From Macrostomum lignano (Eukaryota): a stretch of DNA of 64,000 nucleotides. Made by a program: the position numbers and the translations under genes. The notes beneath the pieces were generated by a model. That model saw only the letters and a list, made by a program, of their open reading frames with translations, made no database searches and was not told the origin of the DNA. Of the stretch, positions 1 to 10,608 are shown in pieces (the first letter of the stretch is position 1; each line of letters opens with the position of its first letter). Location of the stretch: contig NIVC01000140.1 in the NCBI GenBank assembly GCA_002269645.1, positions 496,001 through 560,000 on the forward strand. The letters run 5' to 3'.

Positions 1-1
1 G

Positions 2-523
2 GCGGCCATCGTGGCCGGACTGCGGCCCACCTGCATGCGCTGCAACTTCGTCGTCAGCGTCGCCATCAGCGGCATCGCCATCCTGCTGTGCTGCGGCGGC
101 GCCTTCTGGCTGGTGCAGCTGTTCCCGGGCAAGAACGAGAAGAACTACGTAGGCCCCGAGGGCAGCGTGAGTTCGCCAACGGCATTCCGGGTGCTGTACA
201 TCAGCGCAGTCCTGCTCTTGCTGGTCATCATTCCCTGCTTGCTGCAGCTGGCATTTGGCGTGAGTCACATCCGCACTGCCGCCGGCTGCGTCTCCCAGTC
301 CGACCGGCCGCGGTACCAGGTGCAGCTCGTGCCCCATGACGGAGCCGCGACCCAGCAGCCGGCCTTCCAGGTGCAGCTCGTGCCCCATGACGGAGCCGCG
401 ACCCAGCAGCCGGCCTTCCAGGTGCAGCTGCAGCCTCTTGGCGGCTTCCAGCAGCAGCAGCCGATAATGGCTCCGTATTACGGGGACAGCAAGCAGCCTC
501 CCCCAGCTACGTACTTGGTCTGA
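2..523 (+). CDS. MS4A/CD20-like tetraspan membrane protein, 5'-truncated by window edge (last two TM helices plus Gln/Pro-rich tail)
   Basis: Frame is open from base 2. Hydrophobic segments FVVSVAISGIAILLCCGGAFWLV and VLYISAVLLLLVIIPCLLQLAFGV are followed by a Q/P-rich tail, the same layout as the neighbouring paralogs. GC-rich codon usage; stop TGA at 521-523. Confidence 0.65.
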   Translation, partial: AAIVAGLRPTCMRCNFVVSVAISGIAILLCCGGAFWLVQLFPGKNEKNYVGPEGSVSSPTAFRVLYISAVLLLLVIIPCLLQLAFGVSHIRTAAGCVSQSDRPRYQVQLVPHDGAATQQPAFQVQLVPHDGAATQQPAFQVQLQPLGGFQQQQPIMAPYYGDSKQPPPATYLV

Positions 524-529
524 GCTACT

Positions 530-916
530 TGAGCTACCATCACGAGCATCACACACCTGAGCTACCATCATGAGCACCACACCTGAGCTACCATCATGAG
601 CACCACACCTGAGCTACCATCATGAGCACCACACCTGAGCTACCATCAAGAGTACCACACCTGAGCTACCATCATGAGTACCACACCTGAGCTACCATCA
701 TGAGTACCACACCTGAGCTACCATCATGAGTACCACACCTGAGCTACCATCATGAGTACCACACCTGAGCTACCATCATGAGTACCACACCTGAGCTACC
801 ATCATGAGTACCACACCTGAGCTACCATCATGAGTACCACACCTGAGCTACCATCATGAGTAGTACACCTGAGCTACCATCATGAGTACCACACCTGAGC
901 TACCATCATGAGCACC
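530..916. repeat. 26-bp minisatellite (CTGAGCTACCATCATGAGTACCACAC), about 15 copies
   Basis: Direct tandem periodicity starting immediately after the stop codon of the upstream gene. Confidence 0.95.
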
Positions 917-2429
917 ATGGTAGCTTTGCTATCGCCCTATCAAGACCTACTTTTCGGCCGCATCGGCTTCTCGAACTTACCAACAGGTTCAGCAGCATCA
1001 GCCAGAATCTCAACCTCTTCAGAAGGCAGTCTGAACTCTTACAGAGATGGATGTGTCCGAGTGTACATGAACATGTGCATACTAGGCTGTAGCCTGAATG
1101 TTATTTTATACTGTGCATAATTGCATGTACTCTGAATAAGCCATTTCTTTTCATAAGTAAATTTATATAGATGAAAAGAGTTTGGTCAACCTATTTAGTT
1201 GATACGAGTGATTTGGAGTGGCGTCTTTACAACGGATCCCAATCACAACATTGTGTTTCAATATCTAAAATCGCAGCTATTGATGTTATTTATCTAACAA
1301 CAGACGAAAAAGACGTCTTTTGAGCATCTTGAGCCTAATGAAAGAAAGGAAAATACATTGCCGTACATATTTCTTGTGTGAATAGCTTGCAGTGCATTGT
1401 ATCGTTTTTGCTTGTTTTTTTGTGTAGTACATTTAAAATATATTCATTGTTGCAATTCTGTACGATCCAATGTTTGTTTGATGCTCTTCAGTGCTTGATT
1501 GCTTCTGATGCAGATGTTATTAGCTCGTGTGGGGTTTTGTAATGACATTCGCGACAGTTCCATACCGTACGGTGATTATTTATTTCTAGAAAATTCTACA
1601 ATAGAGTCATATTCTAGAAATTTCTCTTTCTAGCTATTTACAATACCGTAGCAAATATACTCAATATTTATTTAATCACTGTTATTTATCATCATACATA
1701 ATATGAATACTGTACGAACAATACCAAGTGTAGACTGTTTTACTGTACTCAAATAATTGAGAAATTTCCGGAAGGCCAAAAATATATTATAAATAGCAGC
1801 AGCCGTCTAGCATTTTCTCTCGCTTACCCTCTTCTACACTCAAGACAACTCAAGCAATAAAAGAAGCAAAGCGAAGGCAAACCACTGACTGACTCTTCAT
1901 TCATTCATTTAACACGAAAGCCGTCTACAGTTTATACAAACCTATCTACATGTAGGTTATCCAATATACTAAAATGTTTTTTCTACTTACTAAAGATGAC
2001 ACCTGCATCTGTGGGATCGGGCGACCGCCGACCGGCCGGGTTTGTAACACATCTTATCGCTATAAATAGACATACCAAGCCAACTGAGCCTAGGAGCAAG
2101 CAATCTAATCCTTATTGGGAGAGTCAAGCTATTGAAGACTTGCTTTTCATTGTCAATGGCCCAAAAAGGGGGTCTATGGAGCAACCAATTTGAGATGCTG
2201 GGCGCGCAAATTAATCTTTTCCACAGTGCTCGTATATCCTTCACGAATAACTTCACTAAAATAACGTCTGCAAATAGATGGCATATCAAAAAACGATTGA
2301 CATTAACAATTTGATTTCAGAGAAACCAATCAAAACATGCGAATGCAAAACCATGGCATACAGTATATGCCGAGAACAATCGTTTCTCTCAAAACAGTGT
2401 TAAACAGATTAAAATCAAACCCGATCAAT

Positions 2430-2974
2430 GTGAGTGAGTGAGTGAGTGAGTGAGTGAGTGAGTGAGTAAGTGAGTAAGTGAGTGAGTGAGTGAGTAAGTA
2501 AGTGAGTGAGTGAGTAAGTGAGTTAGTGAGTGAGTGAGTGAGTGAGTGAGTGAGTGAGTGAGTGTGTGAGAGAGTGAGTGAGTGAGTGAGTGAGTAAGTG
2601 AGTGAGTGAGTGAGTAAGTAAGTGAGTGAGTGAGTGAGTGTGTGAGAGAGTGAGTGAGTGAGTGAGTGAGTAAGTGAGTAAGTGAGTGAGTGAGTGAGTA
2701 AGTAAGTGAGTGAGTGAGTGAGTTAGTGAGTGAGTGAGTGAGTTAGTGAGTGAGTGAGTGAGTGTGTGAGAGAGTGAGTAAGTAAGTGAGTGAGTAAGTG
2801 AGTAAGTGAGTGAGTGAGTAAGTAAGTGAGTGAGTGAGTGAGTGTGTGAGAGAGTGAGTGAGTGAGTGAGTGAGTAAGTGAGTAAGTGAGTGAGTGAGTG
2901 AGTAAGTAAGTGAGTGAGTGAGTGAGTTAGTGAGTGAGTGAGTGAGTGAGTGAGTGAGTGAGTGAGTGAGTGAG
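2430..2974. repeat. (GAGT)n microsatellite with GTAAGT/GTTAGT variants; probably fills a 5' intron (2430-3014)
   Basis: Begins CAAT|GTGAGT and ends about 40 nt before a pyrimidine tract and TTGCAG acceptor at 3014. Confidence 0.95.
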
Positions 2975-3016
2975 CTGTAGCTTTCATCTTTCCCTCGCTA
3001 CTTCTCAGTTGCAGAG

Positions 3017-4141
3017 ATGGTGGCCACCAGGACCTACATGATAAGAAGCATGTTTTGGTACGGGCAGCAGTTTATCGTGGCTTGGGTCCTGTTCGCCGCG
3101 TGCATCTGGGGCGCGACTGACGGCTCTGGCGTTCCGGCCGTCTACTGGAGCAGCCCCGTCATCGCGGTGACTTCGGCCTTGGGCATCGCGGCTGCGTGGC
3201 GAGTTTTGAAGCAGCGCAGCTCCATCCCGGCTTACTGGGTCTGCAGCCTGCTGCTCAACCTGCCGGCTATCGGAGTCTGCCTACCTGGCGTTGTCGGCGG
3301 GGGAGACTTAAGCAAGGTCCCTGCTGCGCTCTCCTTCGGATGCGGCCTGTTTCTGCTGCTTTCTGCTTTTGTGATGGTAATTTGCCTTGATGTTGCCGCC
3401 GCCCCAGCAGCTCAGACAGCATAAGTAGATTGAATAGGGCAGAGCAGTAGTTAATGCGTCTGAATCTGGAGTACCCAGGTTCGATTCGACCCTGGGATTT
3501 TTGGGATCCTCGCACATCAGGGCCACCTGTGCACTATCTGCAAACTATCTTACTACAAGTAACCAACAGGCTTGTTATCCCAGCAATTCGGGCAGACTAA
3601 ATATGGAAGCAGTATTAATTATATCTATTAATAATTGATTACACCTGCCCTAATAGGCAGATGAGCAACCGACAGCTCAGCCGCAGCCATTGCACGGCAC
3701 ATCTGAAGGCTGCGTGCGGCTGTTCAGTCCAAGGACTGGGGGGGGGGGGTCGCCACACACCCTCAATTACCCCAGCTAATGCTGGCACCCATTTTACAGC
3801 TGGATGAACTGAAGCAATGCAGAGTTAAACGTCTTGCTCATGGACACACACTGGTTCCAGTGGGATCGGGAATCGAACCCCCCACCTTCAAGTCGGGAGT
3901 CCGACACTGTAACCACTAGGCTGGCATGGAGGCAGGGTTCACTTGAGGTCACTGGCCAGAGCTAAATTGTGAATCGAGTTCTATCCGCACCCCCCTGCAG
4001 AGCCTCATATTTGCCATTTTCCTCTTGCTGCACTTCGCCTGCGGCTCCGAGTTTCTGCGGCTCTTCAGCGGCCAGCCGGCTGGCGAGGCCGAGGAGCGCC
4101 GGGGGCTGCTGGCCGGAGATGACGGCAAGCCGCTGACCTGA
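3017..4141 (+). CDS. Divergent MS4A-like four-TM protein, two exons join(3017..3376,4001..4141), 166 aa
   Basis: Phase-0 donor ATG|GTAATT at 3377 and acceptor CCCCCTGCAG|AGC at 4000. Exon 2 reads SLIFAIFLLLHFACGSEFLRLFSGQPAGEAEERRGLLAGDDGKPLT*, completing TM4. YWSSPVIAVTSALGIAAA resembles the MS4A TM2 motif. Confidence 0.75.
3620..3930 (-). mobile_element. tRNA-derived SINE with CORE-like central domain, intronic
   Basis: Minus strand shows A-box-like GCCTAGTGGTTA and B box GGTTCGATTCCC (3868-3879), then TGTGTCCATGAGCAAGACGTTTAACTC...CAGCTGTAAAATGGG resembling the CORE-SINE consensus, then an AT-rich tail. Confidence 0.7.
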
Positions 4142-4480
4142 GCCGGGCTGCTGTGCAGTGATGAAGCTTTACACTGAATCCAGTATTGTCAAATTCATAG
4201 CTTCAATACTCTTTGTATTTTCAATAATTTTCATATATTCATTCAATGCAATACCGGTCTTTGTACTTTTTCTCGCAACCAAAATCCCAAGAGTTTTTTA
4301 GAATATTTGATTATGCTGGTTTAGTTTTATTCTGAACATTTTTAGCAGTGCGAAATGAGACACGACTGTGGCGATTCCAGCTCTGGTATATTTCTCTTCA
4401 CTTAAAATATAGTAGCTGTGGGCATGCAGTGTCTGCATCTTCAAGCCAGCTTTGGTGCTCATTTGGTGCTCAGTTCCATA

Positions 4481-4760
4481 ATAGATCCCCAAGTTCCATA
4501 ATTGATCCCCAAGTTCCATAATTGATCCCCAAGTTCCATAATTGATCCCCAAGTTCCATAATTGATCCCCAAGTTCCATAATTGATCCCCAAGTTCCATA
4601 ATTGATCCCTAAGTTCCATAATTGATCCCCAAGTTCCATTATAGATCCCCAAGTTCCATTATAGATCCCCAAGTTCCATTATAGATCCCCAAGTTCCATT
4701 ATAGATCCCCAAGTTCCATTATAGATCCCTAAGTTCCATTATAGATCCCCAAGTTCCATG
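4481..4760. repeat. 20-bp minisatellite (ATWGATCCCCAAGTTCCATW), 14 copies
   Basis: Exact 20-bp periodicity. Confidence 0.95.
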
Positions 4761-5336
4761 ACAGATCCCGAAGTTCAGGATCCCGAGTATCTACATGCTA
4801 AGATCGTGAAGCCCTGTTTACAGATTCTAAATTCCCTCATGGAGCCTGAAGTATTTCAATAGACTCTGAAGATTTTAATAGCTCTCACCCCCCCCGGCAG
4901 ACTCTGTGGGCCGGCTGCAGCCGATGTGACGCTTTTTCCGATTTTACCGTTTAGCGGCTTTTTTGTTTTTATATGATTTAAATATAAAATAAAAGTTTCA
5001 ACATTTTCGAATGGCTAAAGTTGAGTTTGGTATTAATGTGGTAATATATTATAACCTTCTAGGCTTCTACCCGACACTCTAGCAGTGCCACGCGATGCTG
5101 CTTCAGCAATTTTACCTGTCCGTCAGAATCGTCAGTGCTAGGTACGAGTAGTCAGAATGGTAGATAGACGACCCGGTAGAGAGCTAGATAGAGGGTAAAA
5201 TAGAGGGGTAGATAGAAGGCTAGATAAGGAGCTAGATAGAGGGTGGATAAAGGGCTAGATAGGGGTAGATTGAGGGGTAGATAGAAGGGTGGATAGTGCT
5301 AGGCAGAGGGCAAGATAAGGGGGCCTACAAGACAGA

Positions 5337-5672
5337 GTGCTAGACAGAGTGCCAGGCAGTGTGCTAGACAGAGTGCCAGGTAGTGTGTTAGGCAGTGTGC
5401 TAGACAGAGTGCCAGGCTGTGTGCTAGACAGAGTGCCAGGCTGTGTGCTAGACAGAGTGCCAGGCTGTGTGCTAGACAGAGTGCCAGGCTGTGTGCTAGA
5501 CAGAGTTCCAGGCTGTGTGCTAGACAGAGTGCCAGGCTGTGTGCTAGACAGAGTGCCAGGTAGTGTTAGACAGTGTGCTAGACAGAGTGCCAGGTAGTGT
5601 TAGACAGTGTGCTAGACAGAGTGTCAGGCGGTGTGCTAGACGGAGTGCCAGGCAGAGTGCTAGGCAGAGTGC
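5337..5672. repeat. 24-bp minisatellite (GTGCTAGACAGAGTGCCAGGCTGT), preceded by degenerate TAGATAGAGGG repeats
   Basis: Tandem periodicity; source of the spurious VLDRVPGC ORF. Confidence 0.9.
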
Positions 5673-6160
5673 TATCAAACATTATCCAATCATTCCAGCC
5701 CCGTCCAGAATGGCTGAGGCCGGCTCCTCTATCGCGGAGATGCCGGAGAGGCCGACGGGCTCCCAAACTGCATTTTTTGAAATTTGAATCTCCTTTGGCA
5801 GCTGAACCAAGAAAATTGGACCGTATTCCGAGGTTTCTTCAACCTCTTATCACCAGCAATAATCTTTTAAAAGCAATCGGTTGTGTTGCTGAACTAAGTT
5901 TATTTAGTTCAGGTAACTGGCTAAAGCCATGGCAAGTTCAGGTTAAAGTCATATTCAAGTTCTGCGCAATACTCTCGCATTCATAGTAATTGCTAGCTGA
6001 CGAAAAGCTGCCTAATAAATACAATTGCAAAGCATGTAAGCCTTACAGTGCTGCAGGATGTGGTAGAGTTGCTCGCTTAATTTTCCGTTTTCAACTTGAC
6101 ACTTGAGATAGTACAATCGTTTGCTTATTTATATTGAGTGTTTCGTTCAATGATAAAATA

Positions 6161-6200
6161 TACCCTGACGACGGCCCTAGTGGGTTAAAACGCGTTGGTT
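6161..6200 (+). ncRNA. Degenerate minimal type I hammerhead ribozyme motif (Penelope-like element pLTR remnant)
   Basis: ACC-CTGACGA-C-GGCCC(TAGT)GGGTT-AAAA-CGCGTT-GGT. It shows the core CUGANGA, stem II with two G:U pairs, GAAA mutated to AAAA, palindromic stem III ACGCGT, and a 3-bp stem I (ACC/GGT). Confidence 0.6.
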
Positions 6201-6467
6201 TTCGCCATAAATGTTGATCTTAAGCTTTATTTATTAGCTGCAGGATGTTGCAGTGCGCATCGTTTATGATTATTCCTTTAACTTTTCTGCTTATTTGCTG
6301 TCACTCCATGACGGCCCAGATTAATCTGCTTGCCTTTGCCAGCGTATGATGCGGCGCAATGCTTTGCCTTTCAGCTGCTGGAATATTTGCCATTTTATGC
6401 AGTAAATACTCCAGCAGATGCTATTGCCGTACACGCGTCTAGCTCACATATCGCTGTTGGAAGCTGA

Positions 6468-6927
6468 GAGAATTGGCGATTGCAGTTTTGTGATGGCAGA
6501 GCCGGGCTTTGAGAATTGGCGATTGCAGTTTTGTGATGGCAGAGCCGGGCTTTGAGAATTGACGATTGCAGTTTTGTGATGGCAGAGCCGGGCTTTGAGA
6601 ATTGGCGATTGCAGTTTTGTGATGGCAGAGCCGGGCTTTGAGAATTGACGATTGCAGTTTTGTGATGGCAGAGCCGGGCTTTGAGAATTGGCGATTGCAG
6701 TTTTGTGATGGCAGAGCCGGGCTTTGAGAATTGGCGATTGCAGTTTTGTGATGGCAGAGCCGGGCTTTGAGAATTGGCGATTGCAGTTTTGTGATGGCAG
6801 AGCCGGGCTTTGAGAATTGGCGATTGCAGTTTTGTGATGGCAGAGCCGGGCTTTGAGAATTGGCGATTGCAGTTTTGTGATGGCAGAGCCGGGCTTTGAG
6901 AATTGGCGATTGCAGTTTTGTGATGGC
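6468..6927. repeat. 43-bp minisatellite, about 10.7 copies
   Basis: GAGAATTGGCGATTGCAGTTTTGTGATGGCAGAGCCGGGCTTT units at 6468, 6511, 6554 and onward. Confidence 0.95.
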
Positions 6928-6982
6928 CTTTGAGACTATACACTATAGCAATCCGGTCCGCTGAAGGTTTGTGCCTTCTCAG

Positions 6983-7500
6983 CTCTCCTCTCCCCTCTCT
7001 TCTCTTCTCTCGTCTCCCCTCCTCTCCTCTCTTCTCTTCTCCTCTCCTCTCCTCTCCTTTCCTCTCATCTCCTCTCCTCTCCTCTCCTCTCCTCTCCTCT
7101 CCTCTCCTCTCCTCTTCTCTCCTCTCCTCTCCTCTTCTCTCCTCTCATCTCCTCTCCTCTCCTCTCCTCTCTTCTCCTCTCCTCTCCTCTCCTCTCCTTT
7201 CCTCTCATCTCCTCTCCTCTCCTCTCCTCTCCTCTCCTCTCCTCTTCTCTCCTCTCCTCTCCTCTCCTCACCTCTCCTCTCCTCTTCTCTCCTCTCCTCT
7301 TCTCTCCTCTCATCTCCTCTCCTCTCCTCTCCTCTCCTCTCCTCTCCTCTTCTCTCCTCTCATCTCCTCTCCTCTCCTCTCCTCTCCTCTCCTCTCCTCT
7401 CATCTCCTCTCTTCTCTTCTCCTCTTCTCTCCTCTCCTTTCCTCTCATCTCCTCTTCTGTCCTCTCTTCTCTTCTATTTTATTCTCGTCTCTTCTCTTCT
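6983..7500. repeat. (CCTCT)n polypyrimidine microsatellite
   Basis: Pure pyrimidine pentamer tract abutting the 3' end of the LINE remnant. Confidence 0.95.
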
Positions 7501-7612
7501 CCTATTTCGTCTCTCTTCTTTCGCCTCTTTTTTCTCCTCTCTGCCCTCCTCTGGCCCGCAGTCATGCGTTAGGTTACTTATCTGGCCCTTTAGGTAAAAT
7601 GTTTGCCGACCC

Positions 7613-8330
7613 CTAGCCTAAGCCTATCCATAGGTAGCATATCCGGTCTCTGGTAAATGAAAGGTAAAAGAAAGAGCAGTGGCAGACAATGTTGCTGCGC
7701 ATCTTCGTTGCCGTAATTGAAAAAGGGCAAAGTTTACTATCGAGGTCGCCTCGGAGGAAGCAGTAACTGTCGAGGTAGCAATTATGGCCCGTAAAAGTCA
7801 TAACAATGGTGCGAATCCTTCCGCTTTGGTTTGGAAGGACTGAACCGCTGTGTGTGATTGCTGACGATCTGACGATTGATGACCGTAGAAGGGATATGGG
7901 CCATGGGCTCAGGGCCAAGGAAAGAGCCAAAAGCCGAACTTTTTGGCGAGGGTGTCTGCCAGCTCGTTCCCCGGAAACCCTGCATGCGTGCTATGGGATC
8001 CACTTCGGATGACAGTATTATTGCTACTGGCCATATAGGTTGAGCTGCCCGAGCGCAGCGACTTTCCAGGAGTTCTTAGTGGTGTGGCAAAGGCCGCCTA
8101 AGGCCGCTTGGCTGTCAGAATGGATGACGATAGTCTCTCTCCTCTCATACCCTTGGCATTCAGCTCTGCGGCGCAGGAGCTGATATAACAAGGACTTCTT
8201 TCTAGAAGACGGTGGAGAGTCCGCCAGTGTGCTGGGCATTAGACTCTGAAAGCTGGCGGTAATTGTAGCTGTCTTTGATGGATCCGTCCGTGTAACAATT
8301 TGAACCTCACAGCATCCCATAATGGGATAT
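7613..8330 (-). mobile_element. Decayed non-LTR retrotransposon ORF2 3' end (RNase H plus C-terminal Cys/His region; R1/Loa/I-group-like)
   Basis: Across shifting minus frames: YTDGS (8280-8294), STVF*KEVLVI, IVIHSDSQAAL, KWIP*H then GNELADTLAKK, FLGPEP, and TGHNCYL...DSKLCPF...CHC. These are the ordered RNase H and zinc-knuckle-region motifs, broken by stops and frameshifts. Confidence 0.85.
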
Positions 8331-10015
8331 GGAGACCCCTGTAAGCACTGAAAGAGGTTGAGAGTGCGGGCTTCAAATATTGATAAGATCATAACATCAA
8401 AAAACAAGAAGGTACTGCTCCCGCCGGCCACGCAGTAGCCAGAAAAGGGGGAGCAATCAGAAAAGTCAGTCAGCAAAGCAATGTTTAGTGTCGAATATCT
8501 CTGTATCAGAGCCGTCTTTTGCGGTGGCTGAGGTGTCATTTTAAAGCTGAGACATGCGTAGAAAGCAAATCGAGGCATTTTTTAATCCAGCATATGCTTT
8601 TAGGCTGCTGCTACGGTTGAAAAAACTTCAGTCAACGGTAAAGCGATGTCTAATCAGTGTTGCTAAGCAATTTTTGAATCAATGTATCTCCAAAAGATTT
8701 TTACATCATTACATGAATTAAAGCTCATTCGATGCAAAATTGCGTAAATATATGCTAAAAGATGGTTGAAGCAGGTCAATTTTGTTAAAGTTACAGACGA
8801 TCGTTTTGAATGTAGTCTCACTGTCTGAATAAATATAAATATATATATTGGCCAAACAGGCTTCTTGCCTGAGCCAAACTTACTACTACTTCTTCATTCT
8901 TACGTCTAAAGTTTTTATTTTAATGGACCTCCGACTCCGACCTATGCTGAACTCTTTGTGCTGAGGTCATGCTAGAAATTATTTAATCTAATGTCAATGA
9001 ATAGGCCTAGATTGTATTGTATGTGCTGTTCTGTCTCAGACTGTCTGGTGTATAGGGTAGGTCGTAGGTCACTAGGCCTAGTGTAGGTAGGCTTTGTAGC
9101 CTTTGGTAGAATAGCTACCTGTCCTTGGCCTATAATAGGGCCTATGTCATGGCGATAGAACTATTTCTATAAGTGATAGCTGTTATATCTATCATTTTAC
9201 ATAAGTCATAAGTTCATAGTTGTTAGGGACTCAAGTAGGATTTTGCAAATTGTTTTTGGTAGGCCTAAGGCTTAGGCCTAGCCTATACTAGGGCCTAGCT
9301 TGTTTTTAAGGCAATGCTTATTTAGCCAGCATTACTATTTGTCAAACAAGCTTGCTATTATTTAGCTAGGGCCTAGTAGTCTAACCCTATATTGTTGGTC
9401 AAACATTTTTGGACTAAAATGTTTTTACTAGGGGCCTATGTTATCCTATAGTCTGGATCATGCTAAGTGCATGCCCAAACAAAAATTGAATAATTTCAAA
9501 TGCATACAAAAAAATTGAGTGCACATCTACACTTTCAAATCTAGGCCAATATATATAGTATTGTGACAATAAATACCTTTTTTATGTGCAATAATTAATG
9601 ACCTTTTTGTGTTGCATAAAGCACCTTTTTGTCTCATAACTTCATTGATTTTTTTCATTTATGCTTATACTAGGGCCTAATTGCAATATAAAATGCTTTA
9701 GTTTGAATGCTTTAAAACTAAAAAGCTTAAAATGTATATTTAAAAATGAATTTTTTATTGTTCTTTTAATTTAACACTAACTCCTACATGTGATTTTAGA
9801 AAGTGCATACCAGGTATGCATGCATACTACTTTCTTAAGAGTAATGTATGCCAATTGTATATATCTAACTTTTGGTATGCAAGGCCAATTTTTGGGTATA
9901 TACTATATAATCCAGAGAGTGGGGCCTATGTACCCAAAGTTAAATGCTTTTTTATATTTGCAAAATCGTTTCTCTCAAAACAGTGTTAAACAGATTAAAA
10001 TCAAACCCGATCAAT

Positions 10016-10566
10016 GTGAGTGAGTGAGTGAGTGAGTGAGTGAGTGAGTGAGTAAGTGAGTAAGTGAGTGAGTGAGTGAGTAAGTAAGTGAGTGAGTGAG
10101 TAAGTGTTAGTGAGTGAGTGAGTGAGTGAGTGAGTGAGTGAGTGAGTGTGTGAGAGAGTGAGTGAGTGAGTGAGTGAGTAAGTGAGTAAGTGAGTGAGTG
10201 AGTGAGTAAGTAAGTGAGTGAGTGAGTGAGTGTGTGAGAGAGTGAGTGAGTGAGTGAGTGAGTAAGTGAGTAAGTGAGTGAGTGAGTGAGTAAGTAAGTG
10301 AGTGAGTGAGTGAGTTAGTGAGTGAGTGAGTGAGTGAGTGAGTGAGTGAGTGAGTGTGTGAGAGAGTGAGTAAGTAAGTGAGTGAGTAAGTGAGTAAGTG
10401 AGTGAGTGAGTAAGTAAGTGAGTGAGTGAGTGAGTGTGTGAGAGAGTGAGTGAGTGAGTGAGTGAGTAAGTGAGTAAGTGAGTGAGTGAGTGAGTAAGTA
10501 AGTGAGTGAGTGAGTGAGTTAGTGAGTGAGTGAGTGAGTGAGTGAGTGAGTGAGTGAGTGAGTGAG
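10016..10566. repeat. (GAGT)n microsatellite, duplicate copy
   Basis: Counterpart of 2430-2974 with a different internal variant pattern. Confidence 0.95.
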
Positions 10567-10608
10567 CTGTAGCTTTCATCTTTCCCTCGCTACTTCTCAG
10601 TTGCAGAG

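Larger units (their letters stand above)
2381..9966. repeat. Tandem segmental duplication, copy 1 (7586 bp)
   Basis: Collinear with 9967-17550. Junction ...TTTGCAAAAT|CGTTTCTCTC at 9966/9967 with 3-bp microhomology AAT (2378-2380, 9964-9966, 17548-17550). Confidence 0.97.

Noticed and set aside
908-2314. Short ORFs between the first two tetraspan genes
   Set aside because: AT-rich, under 100 aa, and lacking the codon bias of the real genes or any motif.
3377-3424. Unspliced ORF ends (3424, 11016, 27465, 30455, 59540) as true stops
   Set aside because: Each lies shortly after a consensus donor, and a phase-compatible downstream exon completes the protein.
8024-8578. 184-aa minus-strand ORF as an intact gene (also 15608..16162)
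   Set aside because: It is a mosaic of frames across a decayed LINE RNase H; the catalytic motifs are split among frames by stops and frameshifts.
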